A stretch of DNA of 63,769 bases, the filler included, from Octopus bimaculoides (lineage: Eukaryota), in assembly GCF_001194135.2 (NCBI RefSeq). It is 6 parts of 6 records of this genome, joined end to end, with 100 filler letters (N's around TTAATTAATTAA, not from the genome) between each part and the next. Parts side by side here need not be neighbours in the genome. Positions count along the whole stretch, not along the records: positions 35,562 to 53,517 come from NC_069008.1; 5 more parts are not named here. One strand, written 5' to 3'. The notes under the pieces are model-generated. The model did not search any database. It saw only the letters and a program-made list of their open reading frames with translations, and was not told the DNA's origin. The translations under genes and the position numbers were made by a program. Positions 40,130-52,526 of this stretch are shown piece after piece (the first letter of the stretch is position 1; each line of letters begins with the position of its first letter).

Positions 40130-41270
40130 GAGCTGTGGTAGTGCAGTTCTGTTTTAACAATAGTTCTACTCCAGAGCAGTGGAAAACTGCCACTGTCATT
40201 CCTCTGTACAAAAAGGGTGACTACATGTTGCCTGTCAACTATCATCCAGTCAGTTTTACCAGCTGCATTGCCAAACTGATGGAATCCTGTGTCAGGGAAA
40301 CACTCTGGAATTCTCACAGCCTTATTTGGTCCTTACAGTTTGGATTTATCCCAAACTCCAGCTGCTGCGATCATCAAGTTTCTTGAAGACATCACCCAGG
40401 TCAGTGATGGCTGCTCATGGGTGAATGTTGTTTACCTTGACTTTACTAAAGCTTAATTCTATGCCACACAGAAGACTTGTGGTAAAACTCTCTGCAATGG
40501 GTGTGAAAGATGATCTTTTTAACTGGTTGGAGTCCTTCATTCTTAGCCAAAAAAGAGGTAGTCACGGTTCTAGGAGAGCATTCTTCACCCTGTGAGATAT
40601 CATCTGGTGTACTGCAGGGATCTGTTTTTGGTCACCTTTTGTTTGTTGTATACACTAATGACATAGATGCCAACTTGAAGAATTTCACAGTGCTCAAATG
40701 TGCAGATGACATCAAGCTGTACCTTGAGATAAAAAGGACAGATCCTGAACACTAGATCTTTCCTGCAATCAGGTTTGACACAGTGCAACAATGGATCACG
40801 GACTGGCAACTGAAGCTGGCTGTGGACAAGTGTACCTCGATGCATTTTGAGAGGAAAACCCAGTGTCCACATACTCTCTCCACAATGCTATTATCAAGTC
40901 TTCTTGTGAACATGACACAGGGCATATACTGTCAGCACCGATTTGTGCTGGACAAAGCATATCTCTAAAACTGTCAAAAAGGCCAAGGATGTCTTGCCAT
41001 CTCTCAGCAAGACCTTTGTCAGCCACTCTCCAGCTATCTATTTGAGGCTGTATATGGCTATGGTGTAGCCACACATGGAATTTGCATCACCAGTCTGGAA
41101 CCCCTATCTTGCTCAGGACATTGGACCTCCTTGAAACTGCTCAGAGACGTGCAACCAAGCGAATACCCTCCATTAGGCATCTGTCATACCTTGCGTCCCT
41201 GGGCATAGGTACCTTGAAGCTCCAACATCTGGCAACTGACTTGGTAAACACCCACAAAATTATTAACCAT
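40130..41270 (+). mobile_element. CR1-clade LINE reverse transcriptase fragment (pseudogenised)
   Basis: PEQWKTATVIPLYKKGD..NYHPVSFTSCIAKLMES, QFGF, VVYLDFTKA, SGVLQGSVFGHLLFVVYTND, CADDIKLY and LETAQRRATKRIP, with frameshifts and stops. Confidence 0.9.
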
Positions 41271-42459
41271 TGCACACTCTCTGAGTGGTTGGCGTTAGGA
41301 AGGGCATCCAGCTGTAGAAACTCTGCCAAATCAGACTGGAGCCTGGTGTTGCCATCCGGTTTCACCAGTCCTCAGTCAAATCGTCCAACCCATGCTAGCA
41401 TGGAAAGCGGACGTTAAACGATGATAATGATGATGATGATATATATATATATATATATAATTATGATAATATTAGGGAAAAAATTCCAAATTTACAGGGA
41501 AAAATTCAATTTAATTTATCAAAATTAAATTAAATTTCACAATATATAATATGTAAATATATAATTTAGNNNNNNNNNNNNNNNNNNNNNNNNNNNNNNN
41601 NNNNNNNNNNNNNNNNNNNNNNNNNNNNNNNNNNNNNNNNNNNNNNNNNNNNNNNNNNNNNNNNNNNNNNNNNNNNNNNNNNNNNNNNNNNNNNNNNNNN
41701 NNNNNNNNNNNNNNNNNNNNNNNNNNNNNNNNNNNNNNNNNNNNNNNNNNNNNNNNNNNNNNNNNNNNNNNNNNNNNNNNNNNNNNNNNNNNNNNNNNNN
41801 NNNNNNNNNNNNATATATATATATATATATATATACATACACATGATGTGCTTCTTTTAGTTTCTGATTCCTAATTCCACTCAAGGCTTTTGTTGGCCTG
41901 AGAGACATTATTAGTAGACACTTACTCAAGGTGCCACAACCATGTGGTTGGGAAGCAAACTTCTCATCACACAGCCATGCCTGCATCTATTTTTACAATA
42001 TTTCATAATTAAACTAAACAATGATGAAGATATATATCTATATACAAAGACACGTTGACATATATATATATATATGTGTGTGGAGAGAGAGAGGATGTAA
42101 GCACATAGGGGTAAAACAAGGTGGAGAAAATAGTACTCAAACACCAAGCTAGGAGTAAAATACAGTGATTTATTGAAAACAAAATACGGTACGAAACTGT
42201 TACTCCAAGTTTCACGTAACTGACATCAGATAAAAGTGAACTTTTGAATCAATACAATGGTTCATAAACAGTTTTAACACTACAGCAACTATCTCTGGAA
42301 AATTCCCACAAGGATTATTTACACGGATACTTACTACTGGAATGAAGCTACACTCCAAGTACTGTTCTTTCTTTCTTTTTTCAGCGCATCACACTCACTC
42401 TCACTTCCTACTATAACTCTCCGCTTATAGATATAATAATCGATTCCTTTACTATTTCT

Positions 42460-42508
42460 GTCTCCGATGAAGGGATGCATTGGATCTTCCCTGAAACAGC
42501 TGTAAGAC
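42460..42508 (+). ncRNA. minimal (Penelope-type) hammerhead ribozyme motif
   Basis: GTCT-CCGATGA-AGGGA(12-nt loop)TCCCT-GAAA-CAGCTG-TA-AGAC. Stem I 4 bp, stem II 5 bp, palindromic stem III, GUA cleavage triplet; U4 replaced by C. Confidence 0.65.
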
Positions 42509-42924
42509 TCTATCCATAAAATATATTTCTAACTTTACCATTGTTCTCTTTATCCTTTTATATATTTATACATAGTTTTAACACTATCTATACCAAATAC
42601 GTATATAGCTACAAAATTCTAGTGGTACATATGTGTTGCTTAAAGACAGCTGTAAAATCCTAGAGATGATTATAGGTGTTATTTAGTTGTCTATATGAGA
42701 TTTCATTGCCATAGATAAATAGATGCTTATATGTGTCTATGGTATGGATAGTGATAAATGATGCAATGAATATTATGTAGCTAATAATCAAGGAAATATT
42801 TCAAGCTGACTGGATTAGAGAGGAGGGGGGTGACATCTTTAGATGCACACAGGGAAATTGAAAATAAAAACATGGACAACAAAAGTCAAAAAGATGTACA
42901 CATTCATGGCTTTGTTACACACAT

Positions 42925-43273
42925 TTGTTTGCACTCCATCGCTTATGACGACAAGGGTTCCAGTTGATCCGATCAACGGAACAGCCTGCTCATGAAATTA
43001 ACGTGCAAGTGGCTGAGCACTCCACAGACACATGTACCCTTAACGTAGTTCTCGGGGATATTCAGCGTGACACAGAGTGTGACAAGGCTGACCCTTTGAA
43101 TTACAGGCACAACAGAAACAGGAAGTAAGAGTGAGAGAAAGTTGTGGTGAAAGAGTACAGCAGGGTTCGCCACCATCCCCTGCCGGAGCCTCGTGGAGCT
43201 TTAGGTGTTTTCGCTCAATAAACACTCACAACGCCCGGTCTGGGAATCGAAACCATGATCCTATGACCGCGAG
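42925..43273 (-). mobile_element. tRNA-derived SINE family B (head runs into a gap)
   Basis: Near-identical to 11485-11845 and to the reverse complement of 36631-37016. Confidence 0.9.
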
Positions 43274-44399
43274 NNNNNNNNNNNNNNNNNNNNNNNNNNN
43301 NNNNNNNNNNNNNNNNNNNNNNNNNNNNNNNNNNNNNNNNNNNNNNNNNNNNNNNNNNNNNNNNNNNNNNNNNNNNNNNNNNNNNNNNNNNNNNNNNNNN
43401 NNNNNNNNNNNNNNNNNNNNNNNNNNNNNNNNNNNNNNNNNNNNNNNNNNNNNNNNNNNNNNNNNNNNNNNNNNNNNNNNNNNNNNNNNNNNNNNNNNNN
43501 NNNNNNNNNNNNNNNNNNNNNNNNNNNNNNNNNNNNNNNNNNNNNNNNNNNNNNNNNNATGAAGAAAACAGAAAAAATTCAAATTTATGCAGAGAAATTC
43601 CTGGCTACAGCTGTTTCCATACCGAATCAATTCAATTGCAGAAATAAAATTCAAATTCCCATATTCAAAACCAGTCAATTGGGTATTCAGGGAGAATTTC
43701 CAAAAGGAAGCTAGCTGTGGACTCAAACTCACATCCCCAGCTAGCCACCTGCACTTTTCTCTGCAGGATAGGGGTAGTTTATCCTGTTCAGGCTATATTA
43801 TTAGCAATTATTCTGCGATTGAGAATTTAAAATCACTTCTTTAACTTTCTAAAAGCAAACTTCGTTTGTTTATTTACGTTTGTCGTAATTTGAATTTTCC
43901 AAAAGGAAGTTATATTTCAACGTGTAGGCTAACCTATGACAGATGTGTGTGTTTTCGTGTTTTCTTGAATGCAAGCATTCCTTAGAAAATATTTATTACC
44001 ATATATATATATATATAAGAAATCCATTCAACATTTTTGTGCTCATGCATACATAATACACAAGAGTTCATGGATGATGTTATGGTAGTTAAGAAGATAT
44101 AGATATTATTGAGAGAAAAAGAAAGATGAAAACAAGTGAATCGGGGAAAACATTATAGATAAAGTATGAGAAGAGGGTAGGTTGGGTTCTAGGTAAATTC
44201 CACTTTGGTAAATTTCACTATAGGTAATATGAATATATTTTAGATCACATTTTATTCACTCATTAAGATAAAAATAAAGTTATGAAAAAAAAGTTTTATA
44301 TATTTTTGAAAACTCTTATGGCAAATTGCGTGCAATATTTCTTAAAAATTACAGAGCATTTTCAGATTGGTAATTCTCAACTAGCTTCTTTAGTCATGC

Positions 44400-44925
44400 A
44401 TCAATCATTTGATAGGACTTCTTTTTCTTGTTGTCGAGTCCCCACGTCGAATGTGTGTAATTTTCATCTGGTTTAAGCCTTCTTCAGTCTTAAGGGCATC
44501 GCAAAGTTTCCACAAATTTGGATGTGTGGATGTTATCAATGGCTGCAAAGCATTGTGGAACCTTTCTACCGAATTAGTTGCTCCTGGCAAGTCACTTAAA
44601 ATGTGGCTGAGTATATTCTAGAGTTGAATAGGAAACTGTGGGGTTTCTTTTGTGAACGAAGACACGTCCCCACTACAGTCCCAATGTATGAATTCTCAAA
44701 ATAAGTGATAAACTCAGAAGGGATGCTTTCATCAGACAAATCTTCAAATCCACTGACATCTACAATTGGTGAAAATGCTAAAGTGCAAAAACACTTAATT
44801 TTAAGCTGAAAACTTTCACCCGTGTTGTACGTCCTACTCTTGTCCAGCTTCTGCCAAATAGACTGTCCGAGATGAAAAACATACCCAACCACTTCTAAAT
44901 GCAGAAATACAGAAACAGATGAATT
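44400..44925 (-). mobile_element. MULE/Mutator transposase fragment
   Basis: MDFERALHN..VFHLGQSIWQKL, LAF.P, YFENSYIG, TNSVERFHNAL...HPNLWKL..LKTEE, typical MULE catalytic-domain motifs; frameshifted. Confidence 0.8.
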
Positions 44926-44944
44926 ATGGAGAGCTCTTTCAAAG

Positions 44945-45410
44945 TCCATGAGACAGATTGCGGGTTGCAACAGCCACGTTTGGATGGTGCTTTTTACGTG
45001 CCACCGGCATGGGGATCACAACTACAATTTCCATTTGATTTTGGTTTTGATGTACTTGACTCAATAGGTCTCCTCAAGCACAGCATGTTGCCCTACGATC
45101 CAAGACACTTTTGAGTGGGCTGGTTATGCAACACTGGTGTAGGTTACAGCTGTGAACTCCCTTTATTTGCCGGGTCTTCTCGGTCACAGCATATCTCCAG
45201 AGGTCTTGGTCTTTTATCATTGCCTCTGTGAGGCCCAATGTTCGAAGGTCATGCTTCACCACCTCATCCCATGTCTTCCTGCGTCTCCCTCTACCCCGGA
45301 TTCCTTCCACTGTTTTGGAAGGCACTTCTTCACACATCTCTCCTCATCCACCCATAGGAGATGACTATACCAGCACAAACGTCTCTCTTGCACACCACAT
45401 CTGATGCTTC
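44945..45410 (-). mobile_element. RTE-clade LINE 3' end
   Basis: VQERRLCWY, RGRGRRRKTWDEVVKHDL..LGLTEAMIKDQDLWRYAVTEKTRQIK, followed by 3' UTR. Confidence 0.85.
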
Positions 45411-46465
45411 CCTAGCAACTTACTGAAATCAGCAGAGCTGCCTAAGAACTTATTCTGATTTTTTATGCAATTTCTGAAAAAAACTTACTGTAATCAATAA
45501 AAAAATATACGATGTAAATTGGATTAATAAATTTATTAGTAGAAAGGGTTATTTGTATAAATCATTGTGCTGTTTGGGGACCAGGATATCAAAGAATAGA
45601 CCTATCATTTCCTCTGCATGTTGTAAAAGGTAACTGAAAGAGGTTAAGGTAGGATTTACACTCCAGCCTTGAAAAATCCTCACCAGCAATGACCACCCAA
45701 ACAGACCCATGGGTTGGAGGGTTGTCGCCTGAATGGTCATCTGCTAGGATTAGTAGGGAATCACCAACATACGATGGATGCAACACTAAAGCAACTTGAA
45801 ATTAAGTGTTTTACTCAAGAACACAACTCACAACCTAGATGGGAACCGAACCCTTGATCTGGGAATTATGAGTCTCCAGAAAATAAATCTGAACTATCAG
45901 GCATACCCCGATGTAGGAATGTACAAATGTGGAGAACATTTGATGCTTGTTAAAAGTTATAAGATTAACTCAAGGGAAAGCATCAATATTCATCAGGCAT
46001 GGCTCTAGGTTCAATCCCACTGAAAGGCACCTTGGACAAGTGTTTTATACAATAGCCCTGGGCTGACCAAAGCCTTGAGTAGATTTGGGAGATGGAAACT
46101 GAAAGAAGCCCATAATGTGTGTGTGTGTGTTCATGTGTATTTGTTTGTGTCTCATTGTTCCAACATCAAGTGATAGTTGTAAAGGAGTGTCACTGTCATA
46201 CAAGCAGTGTTGTTCATTTCCAATATCTTGTGAAGACATGTCTGGTCATGGGCAAATATTACTTTGCTTTGGAAATGGGTGAGGGTTGGCAACAGGAAGG
46301 GTATCCAGCCATAGAAAAATCTGCTTCGAATAAACTCCATCTTCCCTATGCAAATATGGAAAAGTGAGCATTAAATAACAAAGAGGATAACATTAGTTAT
46401 TATACCAAAGAGGAAAAAAGATGAGAATTAACTAGTATGCTTGCTTTTGTATATTTTTCAATATA

Positions 46466-46860
46466 GGTGCAGGAGTGGCTGTGTGGTAAGTAGCTTGCTT
46501 ACCCACCACATGGTTCCGGGTTCATTCCCACTGCGTGGCACCTTGGGCAAGTGTCTTCTACTATAGCCTCGGGCCGGCCAAAGCCCTTGTGAGTGGATTT
46601 GGTAGACGGAAACTGAAAGAAGCCTGTCGTATATATGTATATATATATGTATGTGCGTGTATATGTTTGTCCCCCCCCCCCCCAGCATCACTTGACAACC
46701 GATGGTGGTGTGTTTACGTCCCCGTAACTTAGCGGTTCGGCAAAAGAGACCGATAGAATAAGTACTAGGCTTCCAAAGAATAAGTCCCAGGATCGATTTT
46801 CTCGACTAAAGGCGGTGCTCCAGCATGGCCGCAGTCAAATGACTGAAACAAGTAAAAGAG
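46466..46860 (+). mobile_element. tRNA-derived CORE-like SINE family A, full length
   Basis: A box TGGCTGTGTGG, B box GGTTCATTCCC, CORE-like ACCTTGGGCAAGTG, internal (TA/TG)n and 3' GACTGAAACAAGTAAAAG. Second full copy at 59815-60246. Confidence 0.88.
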
Positions 46861-46880
46861 TAAGTGAATAAACAGTGAAA

Positions 46881-47720
46881 CTACACTGTTGCATGAATAC
46901 ATATATGTCTGGTTAAGTGACTTTTCTGAGAGAATGATTTACTACAGAGATCACACTGATATGGTTTCTCTCCTGTATGAATACGTTTGTGTTTAGTTAA
47001 GTTACTTGATATAGAAAACGATTTACCACAGATATCACATGTATGTGGTTTCTCTCCTGTGTGAATATATTTGTGAGTAGTTAAGTGATGATTCAGAGAG
47101 AATGATTTGTCGCAGATATCACATCGATATGGCTTCAATCCTGTATGAATACGTTTATGTGTAGCTAAGTCAGTATTTCGAGAGAATGACTTATTACAGA
47201 TATCACAGTGATATGCCTTCTCTCCTGTATGAGTATAGTAGTGTCGAGCTAAGTTACTACTTTGAGAGAATGATTCGCCACAGACAGTACAGCAATATGG
47301 CTTCTCTCCTGTATGAATGCGTATGTGTTTAGTCAAGTCACTACTTCCAGAGAAAGATTTAGCACAGATGCCGCAGTTATATGACTTCTCTCTCGTGTGA
47401 ATATGTTTGTGTTTAGTCAAGTGAGCATTTTGAGAGAATGATTTACCACAGATATCACAGTGATATGGTTTCTCTCCTGTATGAACCTGCATGTGGATAG
47501 TTAAGCCACTACTTCCAAAAAAAGTTTTACCACAGATAACACAATGATATGGCTTCTCTCCCGTATGAATATATTTGTAATTTGTCGGGTAGCCTTCTTC
47601 AGAGAATGATTTACCACAGATATCATACTGATGTGACGTTTTTCCATCCTCTTTCTTTATACCAATGCTTTCAGATTGAGTCTTACATTTAATCTGGTTC
47701 TCACATAATTCATTTTCCAT
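46881..47720 (-). CDS. C2H2 zinc-finger protein ZNF-B (8 intact + 1 degenerate finger)
   Basis: 279-aa ORF starting MENELC with TGEKPY linkers; candidate upstream acceptor (ttaattacag) near 47942; leader homologous to that of ZNF-A (AGAAAAATTATGGAAAATGAATT). Confidence 0.92.
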   Translation of the reverse strand: MENELCENQIKCKTQSESIGIKKEDGKTSHQYDICGKSFSEEGYPTNYKYIHTGEKPYHCVICGKTFFGSSGLTIHMQVHTGEKPYHCDICGKSFSQNAHLTKHKHIHTREKSYNCGICAKSFSGSSDLTKHIRIHTGEKPYCCTVCGESFSQSSNLARHYYTHTGEKAYHCDICNKSFSRNTDLATHKRIHTGLKPYRCDICDKSFSLNHHLTTHKYIHTGEKPHTCDICGKSFSISSNLTKHKRIHTGEKPYQCDLCSKSFSQKSHLTRHICIHATV

Positions 47721-48095
47721 AATTTTTCTTCTTGCTTTAAAATATGCAGATGCTTCTCTTCTTTTTGTTTATATGTTATGTTTTGAACTGCTATGTTTCC
47801 ATTGGCTGTGATCACAGTTGGTATCTGATGGTGTTAAGCTCTGCTGTCATCCAAGTTCTATTAGAGTGCAAAAATCAACTGTTCCAGATAACGAAGTAGA
47901 CAAATGTTCCTATAACTCTTACTTCAGAAGATATTATTTCACTGTAATTAACCATAGATTTATTCTTTCTTCTGTATTGTATTTCCTGTTAGTCTTTAAA
48001 AGATGGTAAATATCAATGTAAAATAATTCTCCAATACCGATGTCATATGATATTCTGAAATAAGAGAGAAACAACAGCGTCAGATGTCACATACA

Positions 48096-48135
<40 letters not shown>

Positions 48136-48945
48136 TCATCATCATCGTTTAACGTCCGCTTTCCATGCTGGCATGGGTTGGACGATTTGACTGAGGACTG
48201 GTGAACCAGATGGCTACACCAGGCTCCAATGTGATTTGACAGTTTCTACAGTTGGATGCCCTTCCTAATGCCAACCACTCTGAGAGTGTAGTGGATGCTT
48301 TTACGTGCCACNNNNNNNNNNNNNNNNNNNNNNNNNNNNNNNNNNNNNNNNNNNNNNNNNNNNNNNNNNNNNNNNNNNNNNNNNNNNNNNNNNNNNNNNN
48401 NNNNNNNNNNNNNNNNNNNNNNNNNNNNNNNNNNNNNNNNNNNNNNNNNNNNNNNNNNNNNNNNNNNNNNNNNNNNNNNNNNNNNNNNNNNNNNNNNNNN
48501 NNNNNNNNNNNNNNNNNNNNNNNNNNNNNNNNNNNNNNNNNNNNNNNNNNNNNNNNNNNNNNNNNNNNNNNNNNNNNNNNNNNNNNNNNNNNNNNNNNNN
48601 NNNNNNNNNNNNNNNNNNNNNNNNNNNNNNNNNNNNNNNNNNNNNNNNNNNNNNNNNNNNNNNNNNNNNNNNNNNNNNNNNNNNNNNNNNNNNNNNNNNN
48701 NNNNNNNNNNNNNNNNNNNNNNNNNNNNNNNNNNNNNNNNNNNNNNNNNNNNNNNNNNNNNNNNNNNNNNNNNNNNNNNNNNNNNNNNNNNNNNNNNNNN
48801 NNNNNNNNNNNNNNNNNNNNNNNNNNNNNNNNNNNNNNNNNNNNNNNNNNNNNNNNNNNNNNNNNNNNNNNNNNNNNNNNNNNNNNNNNNNNNNNNNNNN
48901 NNNNNNNNNNNNNNNNNNNNNNNNNNNNNNNNNNNNNNNNNNNNN

Positions 48946-48978
<33 letters not shown>

Positions 48979-49555
48979 ATATATATATGTGTGTGTATAT
49001 ATATATATATGTGTGTGTGTGTTTGTCCCCACAACATCGCTTGACAACCGATGCTGGTGTGTTTACGTCCCCGTAACTTAGCGGTTCGGCAAAAGAGACC
49101 GATAGAATAAGTTACTGGGCTTACAAAGAATAAGTCCTGGGGTCGATTTGCTCGACTAAAGGCGGTGCTCCAGCATGGCCGCAGTCAAATGACTGAAACA
49201 AGTAAAAGAGTAACAGTCTGAGACTCGAGAAACTACCATTAGATTAATGAACAAAAGGTACATACGAGCTAAAATATAACTGCATATTCGAATAAACATT
49301 ACTACGATCTTAAAAAGAAGCTCCTTAGATTTTTTCATCTAAATGTTTACATGCTATTATTCATGTGTCTGCGTCAAGATATTCAAATATATATATATAT
49401 ATATACACTGGATTTTCATCGATGAGTTCATAGACTTTGGTTCTTTTCCTTAATGCTATATATTAATATATTTTATACTGTGAAACTTAATTTAATAAAT
49501 TGGTTTTAATTGAGTTTTTACCTGTAATTTTGGATTTTATCCCTAATATCATTAT

Positions 49556-49590
<35 letters not shown>

Positions 49591-50384
49591 ACATAAATAT
49601 GACTTGGATTTCAATTGTTCAGGTAAATGTTTATATATATTTATATATTTATGTACTTGTGTGTGTTATAATATAGAAAATAGTGTATTACATTATATAT
49701 GTGCGTGTGTTTTATGCGGTAGAATGGTCGTAGTCTACTGACTGAAACAAGTAAAAGATTATATANNNNNNNNNNNNNNNNNNNNNNNNNNNNNNNNNNN
49801 NNNNNNNNNNNNNNNNNNNNNNNNNNNNNNNNNNNNNNNNNNNNNNNNNNNNNNNNNNNNNNNNNNNNNNNNNNNNNNNNNNNNNNNNNNNNNNNNNNNN
49901 NNNNNNNNNNNNNNNNNNNNNNNNNNNNNNNNNNNNNNNNNNNNNNNNNNNNNNNNNNNNNNNNNNNNNNNNNNNNNNNNNNNNNNNNNNNNNNNNNNNN
50001 NNNNNNNNNNNNNNNNNNNNNNNNNNNNNNNNNNNNNNNNNNNNNNNNNNNNNNNNNNNNNNNNNNNNNNNNNNNNNNNNNNNNNNNNNNNNNNNNNNNN
50101 NNNNNNNNNNNNNNNNNNNNNNNNNNNNNNNNNNNNNNNNNNNNNNNNNNNNNNNNNNNNNNNNNNNNNNNNNNNNNNNNNNNNNNNNNNNNNNNNNNNN
50201 NNNNNNNNNNNNNNNNNNNNNNNNNNNNNNNNNNNNNNNNNNNNNNNNNNNNNNNNNNNNNNNNNTACCTTTCAGAGTGTGTAGATTAAGATTATATCGG
50301 AATTTAATATGGGTGGGTGGGTTGGAAAGAAAAATCGGTGGTCTTATACATACATACATACATTACATACTAACACATCACATA

Positions 50385-50680
50385 TACAGGGGTTGGACAA
50401 AATAATGGAAACACCTAGCATCATAGCATCATAATTTTGAAATATTTATAAAATCGTCAAAAGCTTGTTTATTTTTATGTTTTTTTATTTATTATTAGTG
50501 TTGCTTAATATGTTTTTGTTAAAATTGCTCTTTCTTTTCAGATATTATCAGAAAAAGGTAATTAAAATTCATTAAAATGACAAATCTGTCAGACTTTCAA
50601 AGAGGTCAAATTGTTAGTGCTCATATGGCAGGCACTAACGTAATGAGAACAGCCAAAATGTTCTGTATATGAAGAAGTAC
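50385..50680 (+). mobile_element. Tc1 transposon 5' fragment
   Basis: TACAGGGGTTGGACAAAATAATGGAAACAC terminus plus MTNLSDFQRGQIVSAHMAG (Tc1 N-terminal HTH motif LSDFERGQIV) from 50577. Confidence 0.75.
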
Positions 50681-51491
50681 TGCTGTCATTTTAAAAAACT
50701 TACACTATGTTACCTTTGGTACTTTGCACCAACCACAGATTTCATCCCCAGTAGATTGTCCATCAAAAACCTCCAGTTGTCCTCTAAGCTAAATGTCCCA
50801 AACTCTTCCTCTCTTTTGTCAGAAGCTTCCATTAGCAAATCTCTAAATTTTTATCTGTTTGCTGGGTCTTTGAGCTTCCAGACTGGTTTATTTCTCCGGG
50901 TCTTTCTAGCTCTAATTCTGAAGTTACTAACTAGTAAGTTATGCATGTATATGTATATATAATCATAACAAGCTTCTTTCTGTTGCCCAAGGTGCCACAC
51001 AGTGGAACTGATCCAAGAACCATGTGGTTTTGAAACTAACTCACATAGCTACACCTATGACAATGTGTGTGTGTGTGTTCCAAGAGGAACCCTCACCTTT
51101 TTCCAAGTAGTGTGATACTTCCCCATTTGTTAGCATACCAGGCCAAATACTTAGCAAAATTTCATTAGGACTTTACGTTCTTACTTCAAATGCCACAGTG
51201 GTTCACTCTACCTTTTGTCCTTTTGGGGTTGATAAAATAAGTACCAGCTAAACACTGTTGTCAATGAATTTCAACTTGTTCCCTGACCCAAACTTTCTGA
51301 ACTTGAAATTTAGAACTTGTAGATGCTTAGTAATTAGTCAAGTATGGATTACATCATAGCAATGAGAAGACAGTCTAATCATTATAATATACCTTTATAA
51401 ATGAGTAATGGATAGAGTTGATAGGTTACCAGTTTAGCAAATAAGTTCTCATATGTGACATGAATTAATTAGTTGGTACTATTATATGACT

Positions 51492-51825
51492 GAAGGCACA
51501 TGGCTCGGTGGTTAGAGCGTCGAACTTACGACCATGAGGTTGTAAGTTCGAATCCTGGACTGGGCTGCGTGTTGTGTTCTTGAGCAAGACACTTTATTTC
51601 GCGTTGCTCCAGTTCACTCAGCTGTAGAAATGAGTTGCAACGTCACTGGTGCCAAGCTGTATCAGCCTTTGCCTTTCCCTTGGCTAACACTGGTGGCGTG
51701 GAGAGGGGAGGCTGGTACGCATGGGCGACTGCTGGCCTTCCATAAACAACCTTGCTCAGACTTGTACCTCGGAGGGTACCTTTCTAGGTGCAATCCTATG
51801 GTCATTCGTGACCGAAGGGGGTCTT
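51492..51825 (+). mobile_element. tRNA-derived SINE family E
   Basis: A box TGGCTCGGTGG, B box GTTCGAATCC, CTTGAGCAAGACACTT core; antisense fragments near 27725-27795 and 45800-45865. Confidence 0.8.
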
Positions 51826-51859
51826 CGACAATTATATGGTAAAGCAGAGGATGTTACAG

Positions 51860-52526
<667 letters not shown>

